Positions 23,204 to 38,714 are shown, numbered from the stretch's first letter. The stretch: 64,000 nucleotides of DNA from Octopus vulgaris (GCA_951406725.2 OX597830.1:19902001-19966000), one strand, 5' to 3'. Notes: generated by a model not told the origin, from the letters alone. Made by a program: numbers and translations.

Positions 23204-24499
23204 TATTATTATTGGTGTTATTTGTACCTCCTCATTCTCCTTCCTCTTTCACTTCCTTCTCCTCCTCCTCCTCCTTCAACTCCTTTTCCACCTCTTCATT
23301 CTCCTCCTTGTCTTCCACCACCTCCTCTTCCACCTCTTCCTTCTTCTTCTCCTTCTCTTCCTCTCCCTCCTCCGCCCCTCCACTTCTCCCTCCTCCTCCC
23401 CTCCTCCTCCCTCCTTGCTAATTTCATTGTTTCCCTTCATCCCTGCCCCTGTGGCAAATAAAAGAAATTATTATTATCAATATTATCATCATTATTGCTA
23501 AGAAATGATATTTCTTATTTCATTGTCTCTTTCCTTTCTTTCTTTCTTTCTTTCTTTCTTTTACACCTATCAAACTCTCATTTCCCCACCTTCTATCCCT
23601 TATCCTAGCAATTCCTCCTCCTCCTCCTCCTCCTCATCGTCGTCATCGTCGTCATCATCATCATCATCATCATCATCACCACCACCACTATCACTCATCA
23701 CCACCTTTATCATCATCCCATCATCGTCATCATCACCACCGCCGCCGCCACTACTGCAACCACCAATAGTAACATCACCATCCTCACCACAACAAATATC
23801 ATTATCATAACCATCATCATCCCCATCACCACCACCACCACCACCAACACCATCACCACCACCACCACCACCACCATCATCATCATCCTGTTATTATTGC
23901 TTCTCTTGTAATAAGTTATTTTATCATCATTATTTTTATTATTATTAAATATGAGTTTCATTTTTTTAACCCTCCATCCACCCCCTCCTCCATCATCTCC
24001 TCCTCCTCCACCACCACCAGCACCACCACCAGCACCACCACCACCAACTCCACTGCCACCATTACATCGCAACATCTTTTTTTCCCCCCTCTCCTTTTCC
24101 CTGCACCAGTCACACCGACACCTACAACTAACTCCTACATCCGACCGCCACCCCAAGAACAGCAAACTCCCTCCCACCCGTCTCCACTCCTTTCCACCCC
24201 CACCCCCACCCCTCACCCCACCCCCGCCTGCACCAAACCCAAACCCAAAACCACCAGCCAAAGCAATTCCAGCATCGTCCTTAATTTGAATAAAAATCCT
24301 TTGTTCTCACCGTTCGTATTTCTACCTCTTATCTCTATTTCATTAGTGCACTGAACACAGGGTGTTTTCCACCCACTCTGACTGCAACAAACGATAGCAG
24401 GGTGGATGGCTAGATCACTCACTCACTCACTCACTCTTTCATTCACTCGCTCATTCATTCACTCGCTTATTCATTCATTCGCTCATTTAATCACTCACT

Positions 24500-24624
24500 C
24501 ACTCACTCACTGATTCCGTCTTTGTGTGTGTCTGTCTGCTGTGTATCTGGATGCATTTGTGTGGGTCTGTGTCTCTGTGTCTCTGTATATGTGTGTAGTT
24601 ATGTGTTCGTATGTGTGTGTGTGT

Positions 24625-24663
<39 letters not shown>

Positions 24664-25570
24664 CGTGTGTGTGTGTGTGTATATGAATGTACGAGACAAT
24701 GTGTGTGTTGTGCGAGTATGTATAGATATGTATAGGTGTATATAGGTGTGTAGAGGTGTGTCTGTGTATATGTGTGTAGTTATGTGTTCGTGCGTGTGTG
24801 TGTGTTCATGTGTGTGTGTGTGTGTATAAATGTACGAGACAATGTGTGTGTTGTGCGTGTATGTATAGGTATGTATAGGTGTATATAGGTGTGTAGAGGT
24901 GTGTCTGTGTATATGGGTGCATGTGTATGTTGTATGTGTATGTAGAGGTATGTAAAGGTGTGTAGAGGTGTGTATAGGTATGTCTGTGTATCTGTGCGTA
25001 TGTGTGTGTGTGTGTGTGAGACCAAGTGTATGTTGTGTGTGTATGTAGAGATATGTATAGGTGTATATAGGTGTGTCTGTGTGTCTGTATATATGTGTGT
25101 GTGTGTTCATGAGGCTATGTATGTATGTAGAGGTGTGTATAGGAATGTCTGTGTATCGGTGCGTGTGTGTGCGTGTGTGTGTGAGACCATGTGTGTGTTG
25201 TGTGTGTATGTAGAGATATGTATAGGTGTGTGTATGTGTGTGTGTGTCTGTGTGTGTGTCTGTATGCCTGTGTGTGTATGAGACCATGTGTGTGTTGTGT
25301 GCGTATGTATAGGTGTGTAGAGGTGTGTATAGGTGTGTCTGTGTACCTGTGTACATGTGTGCATGTGGGTACGTGTGTCCATGTGTGTGCTGTATGTATG
25401 AGTGTATATATATTGTGTGTCTATGTGAGTGCATTTGTCTAATGTGTGTGCGTGTGTATTTATGTGTCTGCATGTGTGCTTATGCGCGTGTGTGTATGTG
25501 TTTGTTATGTGCTTGCGTGTGACTGTCTCTGATGTGTATCTGTGTGTGTATGTGTGTGTGTGTGTGTATG
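24500..25570. repeat. GT-rich compound minisatellite with higher-order duplications
   Basis: Recurrent GAGAC(C/A)A(T/A)GTGT...TATAGGTGTGTAGAGGTG blocks. Confidence 0.75.
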
Positions 25571-25689
25571 GTAAAGGTAAGAATTGTGTAGGTGTGCTTC
25601 ACCGGTTTGATTTCAGTGGTTCCATGAGAATGTCGACGCTGCTGTTGTTGCCGCCATTGCTGCTGCTGCTGCTGCTGCTGCTGCTGATA

Positions 25690-25735
<46 letters not shown>

Positions 25736-26347
25736 CGACGACAACGACGACTGTAATGATGATGATGACGATGATGATGATGATGATGACGACGACGAGG
25801 GTGGTTATGATGGAGATGGTGGTAGTGGTGGTGGTGATGATGATAGTGTCGCTGATGATGATAGTGCTGCTGCTGATGATGATGATAGCAATACTGTTTA
25901 TGAGGACGATGACAGCGGTGGAGGATACGATGTAGATTATGGCGGCGGTGACGATGTTGGCGGTGGCGATGCTGAAAATGTTGATGGTGGAGGTGGCGAT
26001 GGTAGTGTTGATGACGATGGTTATGATGATGATGATGATGACAATGGCTTGTAGCAATGGTTATGGAAATAATGATGACTGTGAAGGTAGTTAACGGATG
26101 GTGGCGACGTGATTGGTTTTCCTGTTGTTGTTGTTGTTGTCGGTGGTGGTGGTGATGGTGGTGGTAGTGGAGAGATTGGTGCTGCTAGTGTCTTGCCTAT
26201 TATTTTGCTGCCGTTATTGTTGTTGTTGTAAGTTGTATTGTTGGTGATAATGGTATATTACTGTGATATTGGGGATGATGATGATGATGACGATGGCGAT
26301 GATGACGATGGCGATGACGATGGCGATGATGACGATGATGATGATGG

Positions 26348-26394
<47 letters not shown>

Positions 26395-26498
26395 GTGACG
26401 ATGATGATGAGGTTGGTGGTGGTGGTGGCAGCGAGGATGATGATGATGATGACGACGGCGACGACGACGATAATGATGATGATGATGATGACGACGAC

Positions 26499-26542
<44 letters not shown>

Positions 26543-27065
26543 CGACGACGACGATGATAATGATGATGATGATGAAGACGACGACGACTGCAGCGATGTT
26601 GTCGGCGTTAGTTTAGCTGTTTATATTTCTAATATTGAAGTTGTTGTTGTTGTTTCTGCTGTTGTTGTTGTTCTTCTTCTTCATCTTCTCTGTATTTCCT
26701 TTGTTGTCCTATTGATTGTTCATGTCGATGTACCTAGGTGTGTTATCTGTAAGAACGTGGCGGAGGTGTGTGTAATATGGGCCTGTCTGTATGCATGTGT
26801 GCGCGTGCATGTGCGTGTATGTGTATGTGTGTGTGTATGTGCGTATGTATATAAACGAAACTCAGTCATTCCTATTTGTGTGTGTGTGTGTGTGTGTTCT
26901 TACTTCTGCTGATAGGTGAACCCGCTAGTGTTCGATAACTAACATATGTACATCCATACATACACGTATACACAATCCTATATATGTGTGTATGTGTGTG
27001 TGTGTGTATGTACGTTTGCATGTATATATGTATGAATGTGCGTGTATATATATACATATATATAT

Positions 27066-27131
<66 letters not shown>

Positions 27132-27214
27132 ACATATATACATAAATGCATTACATTGCAGGTATGAATATATGCAGATATGGCCCGTATGCATATATAT
27201 GCATAAATATATAG

Positions 27215-27265
<51 letters not shown>

Positions 27266-27406
27266 CATATGCACTCGTACACTCGTACACACTCACGTAT
27301 GTCAGTATGTATAGGTCTGTGTGGAACGAGATAGTGTGTGTCTCTGTGAAGCGCATATCTTGAATTACACATATACATGCATATGTATATGTGTGTACGT
27401 ATACAT

Positions 27407-27457
<51 letters not shown>

Positions 27458-27607
27458 TATGTGTGTTTATCTATATGCATATTTGGGCGGGCATAATTAT
27501 GCTGTGTGCAGGTGTGTATTACTTGCAGGTATGGCTGTGTTCAAATGCTTTTACAGGTTCAATATGTGTACGTACGTTTGCATTCATGTATGACTATTAA
27601 TATATAC

Positions 27608-27665
<58 letters not shown>

Positions 27666-27885
27666 GTATATATATTTATATATATATATCGCTTGCATGT
27701 ATGCATTTGTGTATGTGTGCATTCATGCATGACACCTATGTGTGTATACATGTATGCACACACATACACACACACGTATATATATATGAATGTATTCATG
27801 TAGATTTGTGCATGTATGAATGTATGTATTTGTGCATTCATGCATGACTACGTTTGCATATACATAGATACATATATATATATAT

Positions 27886-27967
<82 letters not shown>

Positions 27968-28269
27968 TGTATGCGTATGCGTTTTCTTAAATGCAAGTGT
28001 GTGTGTGTGTGTGTGTGTATGCATATGCATAGATGTGTTTGTTCTAGCTTACATATGAATTGATCACAAAGGCAAAACAGATATGTTGTGAGAGGTGAGG
28101 AGGGGCGGAGTGCCTGTGCGCATGCTCCGTACTGTTTCTAACTTATCTTCACCAGCAAGCATCACTTAGCAATGCATGGTGGAACGACCTACAAGGTGTG
28201 TTGACTCGGCTCTTTTTTTTCCAATTTTTTTTTTGCTTCTTATCATGGAAAGGAAATAGATAGAACAGA

Positions 28270-29070
28270 ACGTGGTATTGGTGGTGGTTGAGGTGGTGGC
28301 ATTGGTCGTGGTGTTGAGGGTTGTAGTGGAGATGATGGTGGTGGTGGTGGTGGTGATGGTTGTGGTACTGATGGTGGTGTCGAGCGTTGTGGTGGAGGTG
28401 ATGGTGGCGGTGGTTGTGGTGGTGGTGGTTGTGGTGTAGGTGGTTGTAGTGGCGGTGGTTGTGGTGGCGGTGGTTGTGGTGGCAGTGGTTGTGGTGGCAG
28501 TGATAGTGCTTGCGGTGGTTGTGGTGGCAGTGATAGTGCTTGCGGTGGTTGTGGTGGTGGTGGTTGTAGTGGCGGTGGTTGTAGTGGCGGCGGTTGTGGT
28601 GGCAGTGGTTGTGGTGGCAGTGATAGTGCTTGCGGTGGTTGTGGTGGTGGTGGTTGTAGTGGCGGTGGTTGTGGTGGCAGTGGTTGTGGTGGCAGTGATA
28701 GTGCTTGCGGTGGTTGTGGTGGCAGTGGTTGTAGTGGCGGTGGTTGTGGTGGCGGTGGTTGGGATGGTGTCAAGCGTTGTGGTGGAGGTGATGGTGGCGG
28801 TGGTTGTGGTGGTGGTGGTTGTGGTGGCGGTGGTTGTGGTAGCAGTGGTTGTGGTGGCAGTGGTAGTGGTGGCGGTGGTTGTAGTGGAGGTTGTTGTGGT
28901 GGCGGTGGTTGTGGTGGCAGTGGTTGTTGAGGCGGTAGTTGCGGTGGCGGTGGTTGTAGTGGAGGTTGTTGTGGTGGCGGTGGTTGTAGTGGTGGTGGTT
29001 GTGGTTGCGATGGTTGTAGTGGAGGTGGTTGTGGTGGCAGTTGTAGTGGTCTTTGTCGTGGTGGTTATGG
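28270..29070. repeat. GGT-derived minisatellite (15/30-bp subunits)
   Basis: GTGGCAGTGATAGTGCTTGCGGTGGTTGTG occurs four times amid GTGGCGGTGGTTGT(G/A) units. Confidence 0.85.
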
Positions 29071-29928
29071 TAAATGATTATAATGCTTGAAGTGGCGGTA
29101 GTATTGGAACTATGGTAGAAGTGGTATTGGTGATAGTACAGGTAGTGGTGTTGGTGGTAGTTGTGGCTTTAGTCAAAGTAGTGGTAGTGGTGTTATTGGT
29201 AGTTGTGGTGGGTGTATTGTGGATTGCGGTCACTGGTGATGGTACAAGTGATTGTTGTGGTGGTACTGGTTGTTGCAGTGGTGATTGTAAACGTAGTGGT
29301 ATCGGTGGTTGTTGCTGGTGGTGGTTGCAGTGGTTGTATTGATAGTTTATGGTAGTACTTGTGATAGTTGTGGGTGGTGATATTCATGTTCGTGGCTGCG
29401 ATGTTGTTGCTTGTGGTGGTGTTTTCGTGACGGTAGCGGTTGTAGTATTAGTGAAATAGTGGCAGTGGTAATATAGTTGTTGTTGTTGTTGTTGTTGATG
29501 GTGATGATGATGATGATTGTTCTTGGGGATGGCGGTGATGCTGTTGGTGGTGCTGGTGGCGATGGTGGTATTCTTGGTGAATTGCGATGAAGCTGTTGGC
29601 GTTGGCGATGATGGTGTTAATGATGATGATGGTGATGGTGGGGTTGCTGTTGCTGTTGTTGTTGCTGTTGTTGTGGGGTGGCGGTGGTGGAGATGTTGAT
29701 GCTCTTTGTGATGGCGACGATGGTGTTAGTGCTAGAGAATATGGTGATGGTGATGGTGGCTGAGAAGATGGTGTTCTTGATGATGGCGGTGATGGCGATA
29801 ATGGTATTCTTGGGCGACGATGGAGGAGACTGTCGGGCACTTGGTGATGATGGTGGTGGTGGTGGTGGTGGGTGATGATGATGATGATGATGATGCTGAT
29901 GGTGGTGATGATGATGATGATGATGATT

Positions 29929-29970
<42 letters not shown>

Positions 29971-30500
29971 GTGGTGGTGATGATGATAACGACGACGACG
30001 ATAATGATGATGATGTGGTATTAATGAAGGTGTTGCTATTGGTTGGTGATAGTGCCGGCGGTGGTGGCGGAGATGGTGGTGATGGTGGTGGTGGTGCTGG
30101 TGGTGGTGGTGCTTTTGGGTTTTCACTGTGGTTGAGGACGATGATAATGGTGTGGCGGTGTATAATGGTGTAGCGGTTAGCCGTATGGGCAGTATGCAAA
30201 GGTAGTGGTAATGTTCTGGAAACATGATAGCGAAGGTGGTAGTGTATGTAGCAATAGGGACGAGATGGCAGCGGCGGCGGCGGCGGCAGCGGCGGGCGGC
30301 GGCAGGCGGCGGCGGCTGAGCTGGTGGTGCGGTGATAGCGGTGATCTTGGCGGCAGACACTCAGATAACAAAACAGCATTGTATGACAATGGCAAGGATA
30401 ATAACAACAAGCGTAATAGCATAATAATATAATAACACAATGATAACAGACACTACAATTACAATAAACACAGTAATGATCAAATGATATGTATGTATGT

Positions 30501-30557
<57 letters not shown>

Positions 30558-30558
30558 C

Positions 30559-30619
<61 letters not shown>

Positions 30620-30634
30620 CATTTATTTACATAC

Positions 30635-30678
<44 letters not shown>

Positions 30679-31494
30679 CATATATATAATATATATAGTC
30701 ATTTCAACTCATTCAACACACATGTAACGTCTGAAGCAAAGGTAATATCTGAAATATGAAACAAAAAATGACTAAAGATATATATATATATGTGTGTGTG
30801 TATGCATGTATATGTATATGTATTTATATATATCCATGCATACATACATATATATACATATGTACATATATATATGTATACATATGTTTGTATGCATATA
30901 TATATATATGTATATGCATCCATGCATACTTATATGATTATGATATGAATACTGTATGTTCGTACGTATGTATGAATTTAAATATATATAATATACATAC
31001 ATTCATATATATATGCATGTGTGTGTGTGTGTGTGTACATCGATACATATGTGCACATGTATATTACGTATTTGAATATTTGACATATTTATGTATGCAT
31101 GTATGTGTTTAATTGTGCATGTATGCATCTATACATATATTCATACACACACATATTCGCATACATGTATATGCCTATATGTATATGCATACATTTCTAG
31201 ACATGCATGCATAGATACATGCATACATACATACATACGTGCATACATACATAAATGCATACTTACACGCTTTCATACATTCATACGCACATACGCCAAT
31301 ACAGACATATATACATACCTGCACACATAAATACATGCATGCATACATACATACATACATACATACATACATACATACATACATACATACATACATGTAA
31401 ATGCTTGCATACAGTACCGACAACAAATAGCTCTCGAATATTCAGTTTTGAAACGAACAGCAAGTTGTATTTTGAAGTATCTGATTGTTATTGG

Positions 31495-31600
<106 letters not shown>

Positions 31601-32343
31601 TTCCTTTTACCTTTTTCGCTCTTTTGTTTAGTTTTCTGGAAGTAAAGATAACATGATGTGGTCAGGACAATATGGCGTCTGAGAAAAAAAAAAAACAACA
31701 ACCAACATGGAGACGAGAACAAAGAAGATTGAGGCGGGAAAAAATGTGAAGATTTCTTTCATTTTTCTGTCTTGGTTTGTTTGTTTCTTTTAATTATCTT
31801 TTCTGCTTCTTTGTTTGTTGTATTACTTTTATTCCTTTTGTGTTTAAGTTTTCTTGTTCCGTGTTTTTCCTCTTCTTGTCTGCTGTGTTTTTTTTATTTT
31901 TATTTTTTTATAAACATTTTTTTTTTCATGAAATTGTTTCTACTTTTTCCAAACCGTGACGATATAACAAATGAATTTGCAGATGTGTGTGTTATTGGCT
32001 GAAAAGAGATAAAATATAAATATAATAATGATAACAATATTAATACTAATAGTAGTAGTTGTAATAATGGTAATAGTAGTGATAATATTAATAATAGTAA
32101 TAATAGTTATTATTGTTGTTGCTGTTATTTTTTTATAGTGTTTTATCATCGTTTTCATTATTACTGTTCATATTATTATCATAACAATAACAGTTATTAT
32201 TATCATAAATGTTGTTGTTGTTGTTTTTATTATTATAATAAATGTTGTTATTATTATTATTACTATTATTAATAATATTATTATTATCATTATTATTATC
32301 ATTATGATGATGATGATGAAGATGATGATGATGATGATGATGC

Positions 32344-32393
<50 letters not shown>

Positions 32394-32739
32394 CTGATGA
32401 TAATTCTTTTATTTGTCGCGATAACAAGAGCGACATTAATGAAACTAATAAAAATAAAGTCTCTCCTTATTTGCGATTATGGTGGTGGTGGTGGTGGTGA
32501 TGCTGCTGATGATGATGATGATGATGATGATGATAACAATAACAACAACAACAACAACAACAACTACGATAATGGGATGATAATAACGATGATGGAGGGA
32601 ATCTTTTGAATGTTCATACACTACATATATACATACATACATACATACATACATACACAATACATACATACATACACAATACATACATACATACATACAT
32701 ACATACATGCATACATACATACATACATACATACATACA

Positions 32740-32770
<31 letters not shown>

Positions 32771-33022
32771 GTATATATATATATATATGCAACCCACACG
32801 CACCGAATCACACGCAGATATTCATACATATACACACACGCTCTCACTTAACCACTCATATAAGTTATACACACCTGGAGCAAAGAGAGATAAACTTTTC
32901 AAAGGTATGTATAGTGGAGCATGATGTTTATTGATGAAATGGCTGCAGATGATAATGCTGCTGCTGCTGCTGATGATGATGCTGATGATGCTAATGATGA
33001 TAACGACAATGACGACGACGAC

Positions 33023-33058
<36 letters not shown>

Positions 33059-33466
33059 AGCAATATTGATGATGATGGCGATGATGATGATGACGAGGAT
33101 AATGATGATGATGATGAGGAAGATGATGCAATGATGAAGATGATGCAATGATGATGATAATGATGATGATGATTGTGATGTAGAGGAGGCGAAAGAGGAG
33201 AAGAAGGAAGAAAAAAGAGAAGAAGAAGAAGAGAGAAGAAGAAGAAGAAGAAGAAGAAGAAGAAGAAGAAGAAGAAGAAGGAGGAGGAGGATTATGAAGA
33301 GAATAAGGAGGGGTGCAATGATAGTTGCGTTGGTGGTGATGGTGATGGTGATGGTAATGGTGGTGACGATGATAATATGATATCGATGAATTGGCAAAGA
33401 AGAAATATAAAATGAGTTAAATATATTTAATAGAAATATGACTATTGACGATAATAATAATGAAAA

Positions 33467-33520
<54 letters not shown>

Positions 33521-33537
33521 CAACAATAACGATGATG

Positions 33538-33628
<91 letters not shown>

Positions 33629-33695
33629 CAATAACAACAACAACGATAATGATAATGATGATAATAATAATAATGATGATGATAATAATAATAAT

Positions 33696-33785
<90 letters not shown>

Positions 33786-35091
33786 AAGAAGAAGAACTGA
33801 AGTCGAGCAAAAACAACATTTGCAACAACAGTAATAATAAAATAGCGAATTATTTGGACATAATGGGACTTCGGCAGACATAAGATTTTAACTGGTTTTC
33901 TTGTTGATGTTGTTATTGTTGATAGCTGTTGTTGTTATTATTGAAACCAATCCTATTTTAATGTTTCATAAGCATACCTGTATACATAAAGATATACATG
34001 TATACACACACACACATATATATATATACACACGTATATATATGTATATATATATACACGTACACATACATTTATAAATACAGCACAGATATGTATATTA
34101 TATATACATATATATATATATGTATATTATAATATACATATATTATACATACGTATATATATAATATACACATACATTTATAGATATGTTATACATATGT
34201 ATATATATATATATGTAGATATATTATGCATATATATGTATGTATGTATGTATATGTGCATGCACATATACATATATACACATATGCACTGATATAAAAA
34301 TGCATATGTGCATGTATATATGCACGTACACATATACACATATATACGTATATGTATACAGACATACTTATATATGAACACATATATAAATATACCTATA
34401 TATATATATATAAAGATATATATATGAATATGTGTGCGTATATATATATACACATATGCACACATATACATATTTATATTTATTTATTTATTTATTTATT
34501 TGTCTGTGTAGCTGTATGTATATCGATATGTTTTCTGTTGCACTGGTTGTGTTTATATATACATGTGTAATCTACTGAGTTCAAAAACAGATTCATTCAG
34601 CCAAAACGCATATCTTAACTGGTTTTTTGTGTCACCTCTGAAGTGGAAATCAAGCAGAGTACAGACAGCCAACATATAATACACACACACACATACACAC
34701 ACACAGAGAGGCATATACATACGCACATGCACTCAGAAATACACATGCTCACCTACATGCAAAACTGCATACATACATGTATGTATATATGTGTGTATTT
34801 ATGTATGCATACATATACCTTATCAATACAACACCCTTAACGTACGTGTTTTATTTAAACTTCAGTAGAAGCTGTTTTTTGTCCAGGAAAAATCCTTTAA
34901 AAAGCGACGTGTAGTGTTAAAAAAGAAACGCACAATATATCTCAGAACTAGGTGAAACGAAATATCCACGGACGTGATCACGAGGCGGTAAGTGCTACAT
35001 TTCGCCGTAGTTGCCGCTTATCAATGTTGCGTATTCGTGTCACTTCCGAAACGAAATCGAATCTGTTAAACTGAAATATATATGTATATAG

Positions 35092-35151
<60 letters not shown>

Positions 35152-35154
<3 letters not shown>

Positions 35155-35382
35155 TTCTTTACTATCCACAAGGGCTAAACACAGAAGGGACAAACAAGGA
35201 CAGACAAAGGGGTTAAGTCGATTACATCAACCCCAGTGCGTAACTGGTACTTAATTTATTGACCCCAAAAGGATTAAAGGGAAAGTCGACCTCGGCGGAA
35301 TTTGAACCCAGAACGTAACGGCAGACGAAATACGGCTACGCATTTGCCCAGCGATGCTACCGTTTCTGACAGTTCGCCGCCA
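35152..35382 (-). mobile_element. SINE family A, near full length
   Basis: Reverse complement of 11798-12032. Confidence 0.88.
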
Positions 35383-35393
35383 ATAGTGCATTA

Positions 35394-35463
<70 letters not shown>

Positions 35464-35743
35464 TAGATAGATAGATAGATAGATATAGTGTATACATACA
35501 GATAGTGTGTATGTATATATATATATATGTGTGTGTGTGTGCGTGTGTATAGTGCATAAAGCGTCTGCTAATTTGCACTAACACCGTGTAAGTAGAATAA
35601 ATTCGAATTATGCAACAAAAACAGCAATGACGTTTAAGAAGTACACACATGCTAAGTAAGTGGTATTGATAATGTTTGCATTGTATAGCTGAATGAATTG
35701 CATAATTAGAATATATATGTGTGTGTGTGTATGTGTGTGTGTA

Positions 35744-35947
35744 TAAGGTGGCCCAAAACTAGGTTTACAGTTATCTCTTGCGCATTCATATATTAAGAGT
35801 TTAGATCTTAATTATATAAAAAAAATATGAAACCATTCTATCCTAATTTGGTTAATTGTAAGATAGAAATTTAAAGGTAATGAAGTGTTTTAAAAGAAAT
35901 TTAAAGTGTCTACGTGATAACTGTAAACCTACTTTTGGGCCAACTTG
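35744..35947. mobile_element. Tc1/mariner-type MITE
   Basis: About 32-bp TIRs: TAAGGTGGCCCAAAACTAGGTTTACAGTTATC and GATAACTGTAAACCTACTTTTGGGCCAACTTG. AT-rich interior, TA on the left flank. Confidence 0.82.
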
Positions 35948-36317
35948 TGTATATGGCGGCTGTTTTCTCATATACGAGCAAGTCTATTGCTAGATAGAAT
36001 CATTGAAATGTGTCATTGATTATGCAGTGTGATGCCTTTATATGACTTCTAAATCCCCCCAAATTTTGCACTTTTTATTGCATAATGCACAGTTTTGCTG
36101 GCTGGTAGAAGGAACCGGAGTCACAGTATGAAGACTTTTGACTTTTTTAATCCTTGAACTGGAATATTCAACTAGTCATTCTTAACTCAGTACAACTTGA
36201 ACGACTAGGCTGGCACCCACACTGAGTTTCCTTGGTGAGGAGGGTGGTTGTTGGAGACGCTGCGGGCGAAAAATAAGGCCTGTCAAAGTACGGAGGATCT
36301 TAATGAGTTGTCAATGG

Positions 36318-36708
36318 CCTGTGGTAAATAGCTTGCTTACCAACCGCATAGTTCCGGGTTCAGTCCCACTGCGTGACACCCTGGCAAGTGTCTTCTACTA
36401 TAGCCTCGGGCCGAATAAAGCCTTGTGAGAGGATTTGGTAGACGGAAACTGAAAGAAGCCCGTCGTATATATATGTATATAAATATATATATATGTGTGT
36501 GTGTGTGTGTTACCCCTCCCAACATCGCTTTACAACTGATGCTAGTGTGTTTACGGCCCCGTAACTTAGAGGTTCGGCAAAAGTTACCGATGATTGAATA
36601 AATACTATGCTTACAAAGAATAAGTCCTGAAGTCGATTTGCACGACTAAAGACGGAGCTCCAGCATGGCCGCAGTCAAATGACTAAAGCAAATAAAGGAA
36701 TAAAAGAA
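36318..36708 (+). mobile_element. SINE family B, near full length
   Basis: GTGGTAAATAGCTTGCTTACC...CCGGGTTCAGTCCCACTG...CAGCATGGCCGCAGTCAAATGACT. Confidence 0.9.
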
Positions 36709-37103
36709 TATATATATATTTGGCAGAAGTAATAGTGTGACTCAAGGTCCGAGAGTTTCGTGCTTCGGCACGGCTAGTTTCATGAGTGCCTATTTCTGCT
36801 AAATATTAATAAAAATACTCATATACTCTGTTTGAGTTTTGTGTATATGTACGTGAGTGTATGCGCGTTTGTTTGTTTTTGTGTGTGTGCGCGGGCGTGT
36901 GTGTGAATGTGTGCACTCTCAACTTGGTTTCCACACTTGGTGTTCTATGCAGTTATTCACAAAGATACCCATTTCTGTTTGGTGGGGGTGGAATGACATT
37001 ATTATTCGAAGCGGGTTTATTGAATTGCAACTCAAAGTTTCTTATTCCCCCCACTTTTAAGATACATGTTGAAGACTCTGTAGTGATTGATGCTGATTTA
37101 TCT

Positions 37104-37146
<43 letters not shown>

Positions 37147-37309
37147 TTTACATATTAAATTTACATAGTGATAAATTATATGGTTATTGACGATTTGTCT
37201 ATTGTCGGCATATTTGGCATTAGAATTTTTTTCTTTTGCTCTTGTTTATAAGTTGTATATAAATGTATTTATTTATTTATTTATTTATAATATATGTATA
37301 TATATAAAA

Positions 37310-37403
<94 letters not shown>

Positions 37404-37419
37404 ATATATAATTTATGTG

Positions 37420-37481
<62 letters not shown>

Positions 37482-37533
37482 CATACATACATACATACAT
37501 ACATACATACATTCATATATATATATAAATTGT

Positions 37534-37838
37534 GAAGGCGCGTGGTTTAGTGGTTAGGGCATTCGGCTCACGATCGTAAGGTCGTGAGTTCAATTCTCGG
37601 CGACGCGTTGTGTCCGTTGCTCCAGTCCACTTAGCTGGCAAGAATGAGTAGTACCTGTATTTCAAAATGGCCCGCCTTGTCACATTCTGTATCACGCTGA
37701 ATCTCCCCGAGAACTACGTAAAAGGTACACGTGTCTGTGGAGTGCTCAGCCACTTGCACGTTAATTTTCACGAGCAAAGCTGTTCCGTTGATCGGATTAA
37801 CTGGAACCTTCGTCGTCGTAACCGACGGAGTGCTCCCT
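37534..37838 (+). mobile_element. SINE family C, full length
   Basis: A-box TGGTTTAGTGG, B-box GAGTTCAATTC, and a body and tail matching 11480-11728. Confidence 0.9.
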
Positions 37839-37869
37839 TTACATATAAATAAATAATATGTGTGTGTGT

Positions 37870-38070
37870 GTATACATGCATATATGAGTATAGGACGTGA
37901 CCAGCGGTGCAAATAACCTACACACGAGAGATAGATACGAGACGTGGACAATAGTTACAGGACAAAAACAAGTGAAATACGTAAACAACGAGAAAAAAAA
38001 TGGAAAACAGGACAAGTTAAACAGAAAAAGGATCCTTTATCAGTTGTCGGCTGTCCTTCTACTCCACATT
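37870..38070 (-). repeat. Dispersed repeat (family H), related to 49140-49400 (+)
   Basis: Shared GTGGAGTAGA...GACAACTGAT(G/A)AAGG and the terminal GTCCT(G/A)TAC(C/T)CATATATGCATGTATA. Confidence 0.55.
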
Positions 38071-38615
38071 TCAAGCATTCAAACGAGAATATGAGTTTTC
38101 AAAGACAGTAGATCCCATAAATTCTAAAACAAAATTTTGGATTTATGCAGCGTCAAAGTTGTGGACAAGAATATAACAGTGGAGACATGCAAGGAAACCG
38201 AATGAAAACATGCACGGAGGGTCGTTAGATCGGAACGAAAGGAGAATAGTGAACGCTGGGAGAAACATTTTTTTGAAAAGAGAGAAGATACAAGAGAGAA
38301 AGAGAAAAAAGAAACACATCCAGTCGTTTAGACGTCCAAGTAGGAAAAGAAGAATGGACGATGGCCATGTGTGAGCAACGAGAGAGAGAGAGAGAGAGAG
38401 AGTAAGAGAATGACTGGAGAGAGAGAGAGGGGAGAGAAACAAATAGAAAACACTGAAGGAGGGAGGGATGAAAGGGAATTAGAGAAGGATGGCGGAAGAA
38501 GGAAGCAAAGGCGAGCGGAAGAAAACAGTACAGGGTAGAGAGTCGCACAAAAAATAGGCGAAGATAAACTTACTTGGGAATAGGTGCGTCGCGTTCAATT
38601 AAATAATTAAATAAT

Positions 38616-38714
<99 letters not shown>

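Noticed and set aside
28243-29090. Pro/Gln-rich ORF (-) and Val-rich ORF (+) as a structural protein gene
   Set aside because: The region is a GGT-derived minisatellite open on both strands, with no signal peptide, unique domain or convincing splice sites.
29617-30622. His/Ala/Pro-rich ORFs resembling a transcription-factor N-terminus
   Set aside because: All frames are low-complexity and no DNA-binding domain is present in the window.
37534-37610. tRNA gene (also near 2820-2895, 50802 and 57567)
   Set aside because: A and B boxes are present but there is no full cloverleaf, and each runs into a shared SINE body.
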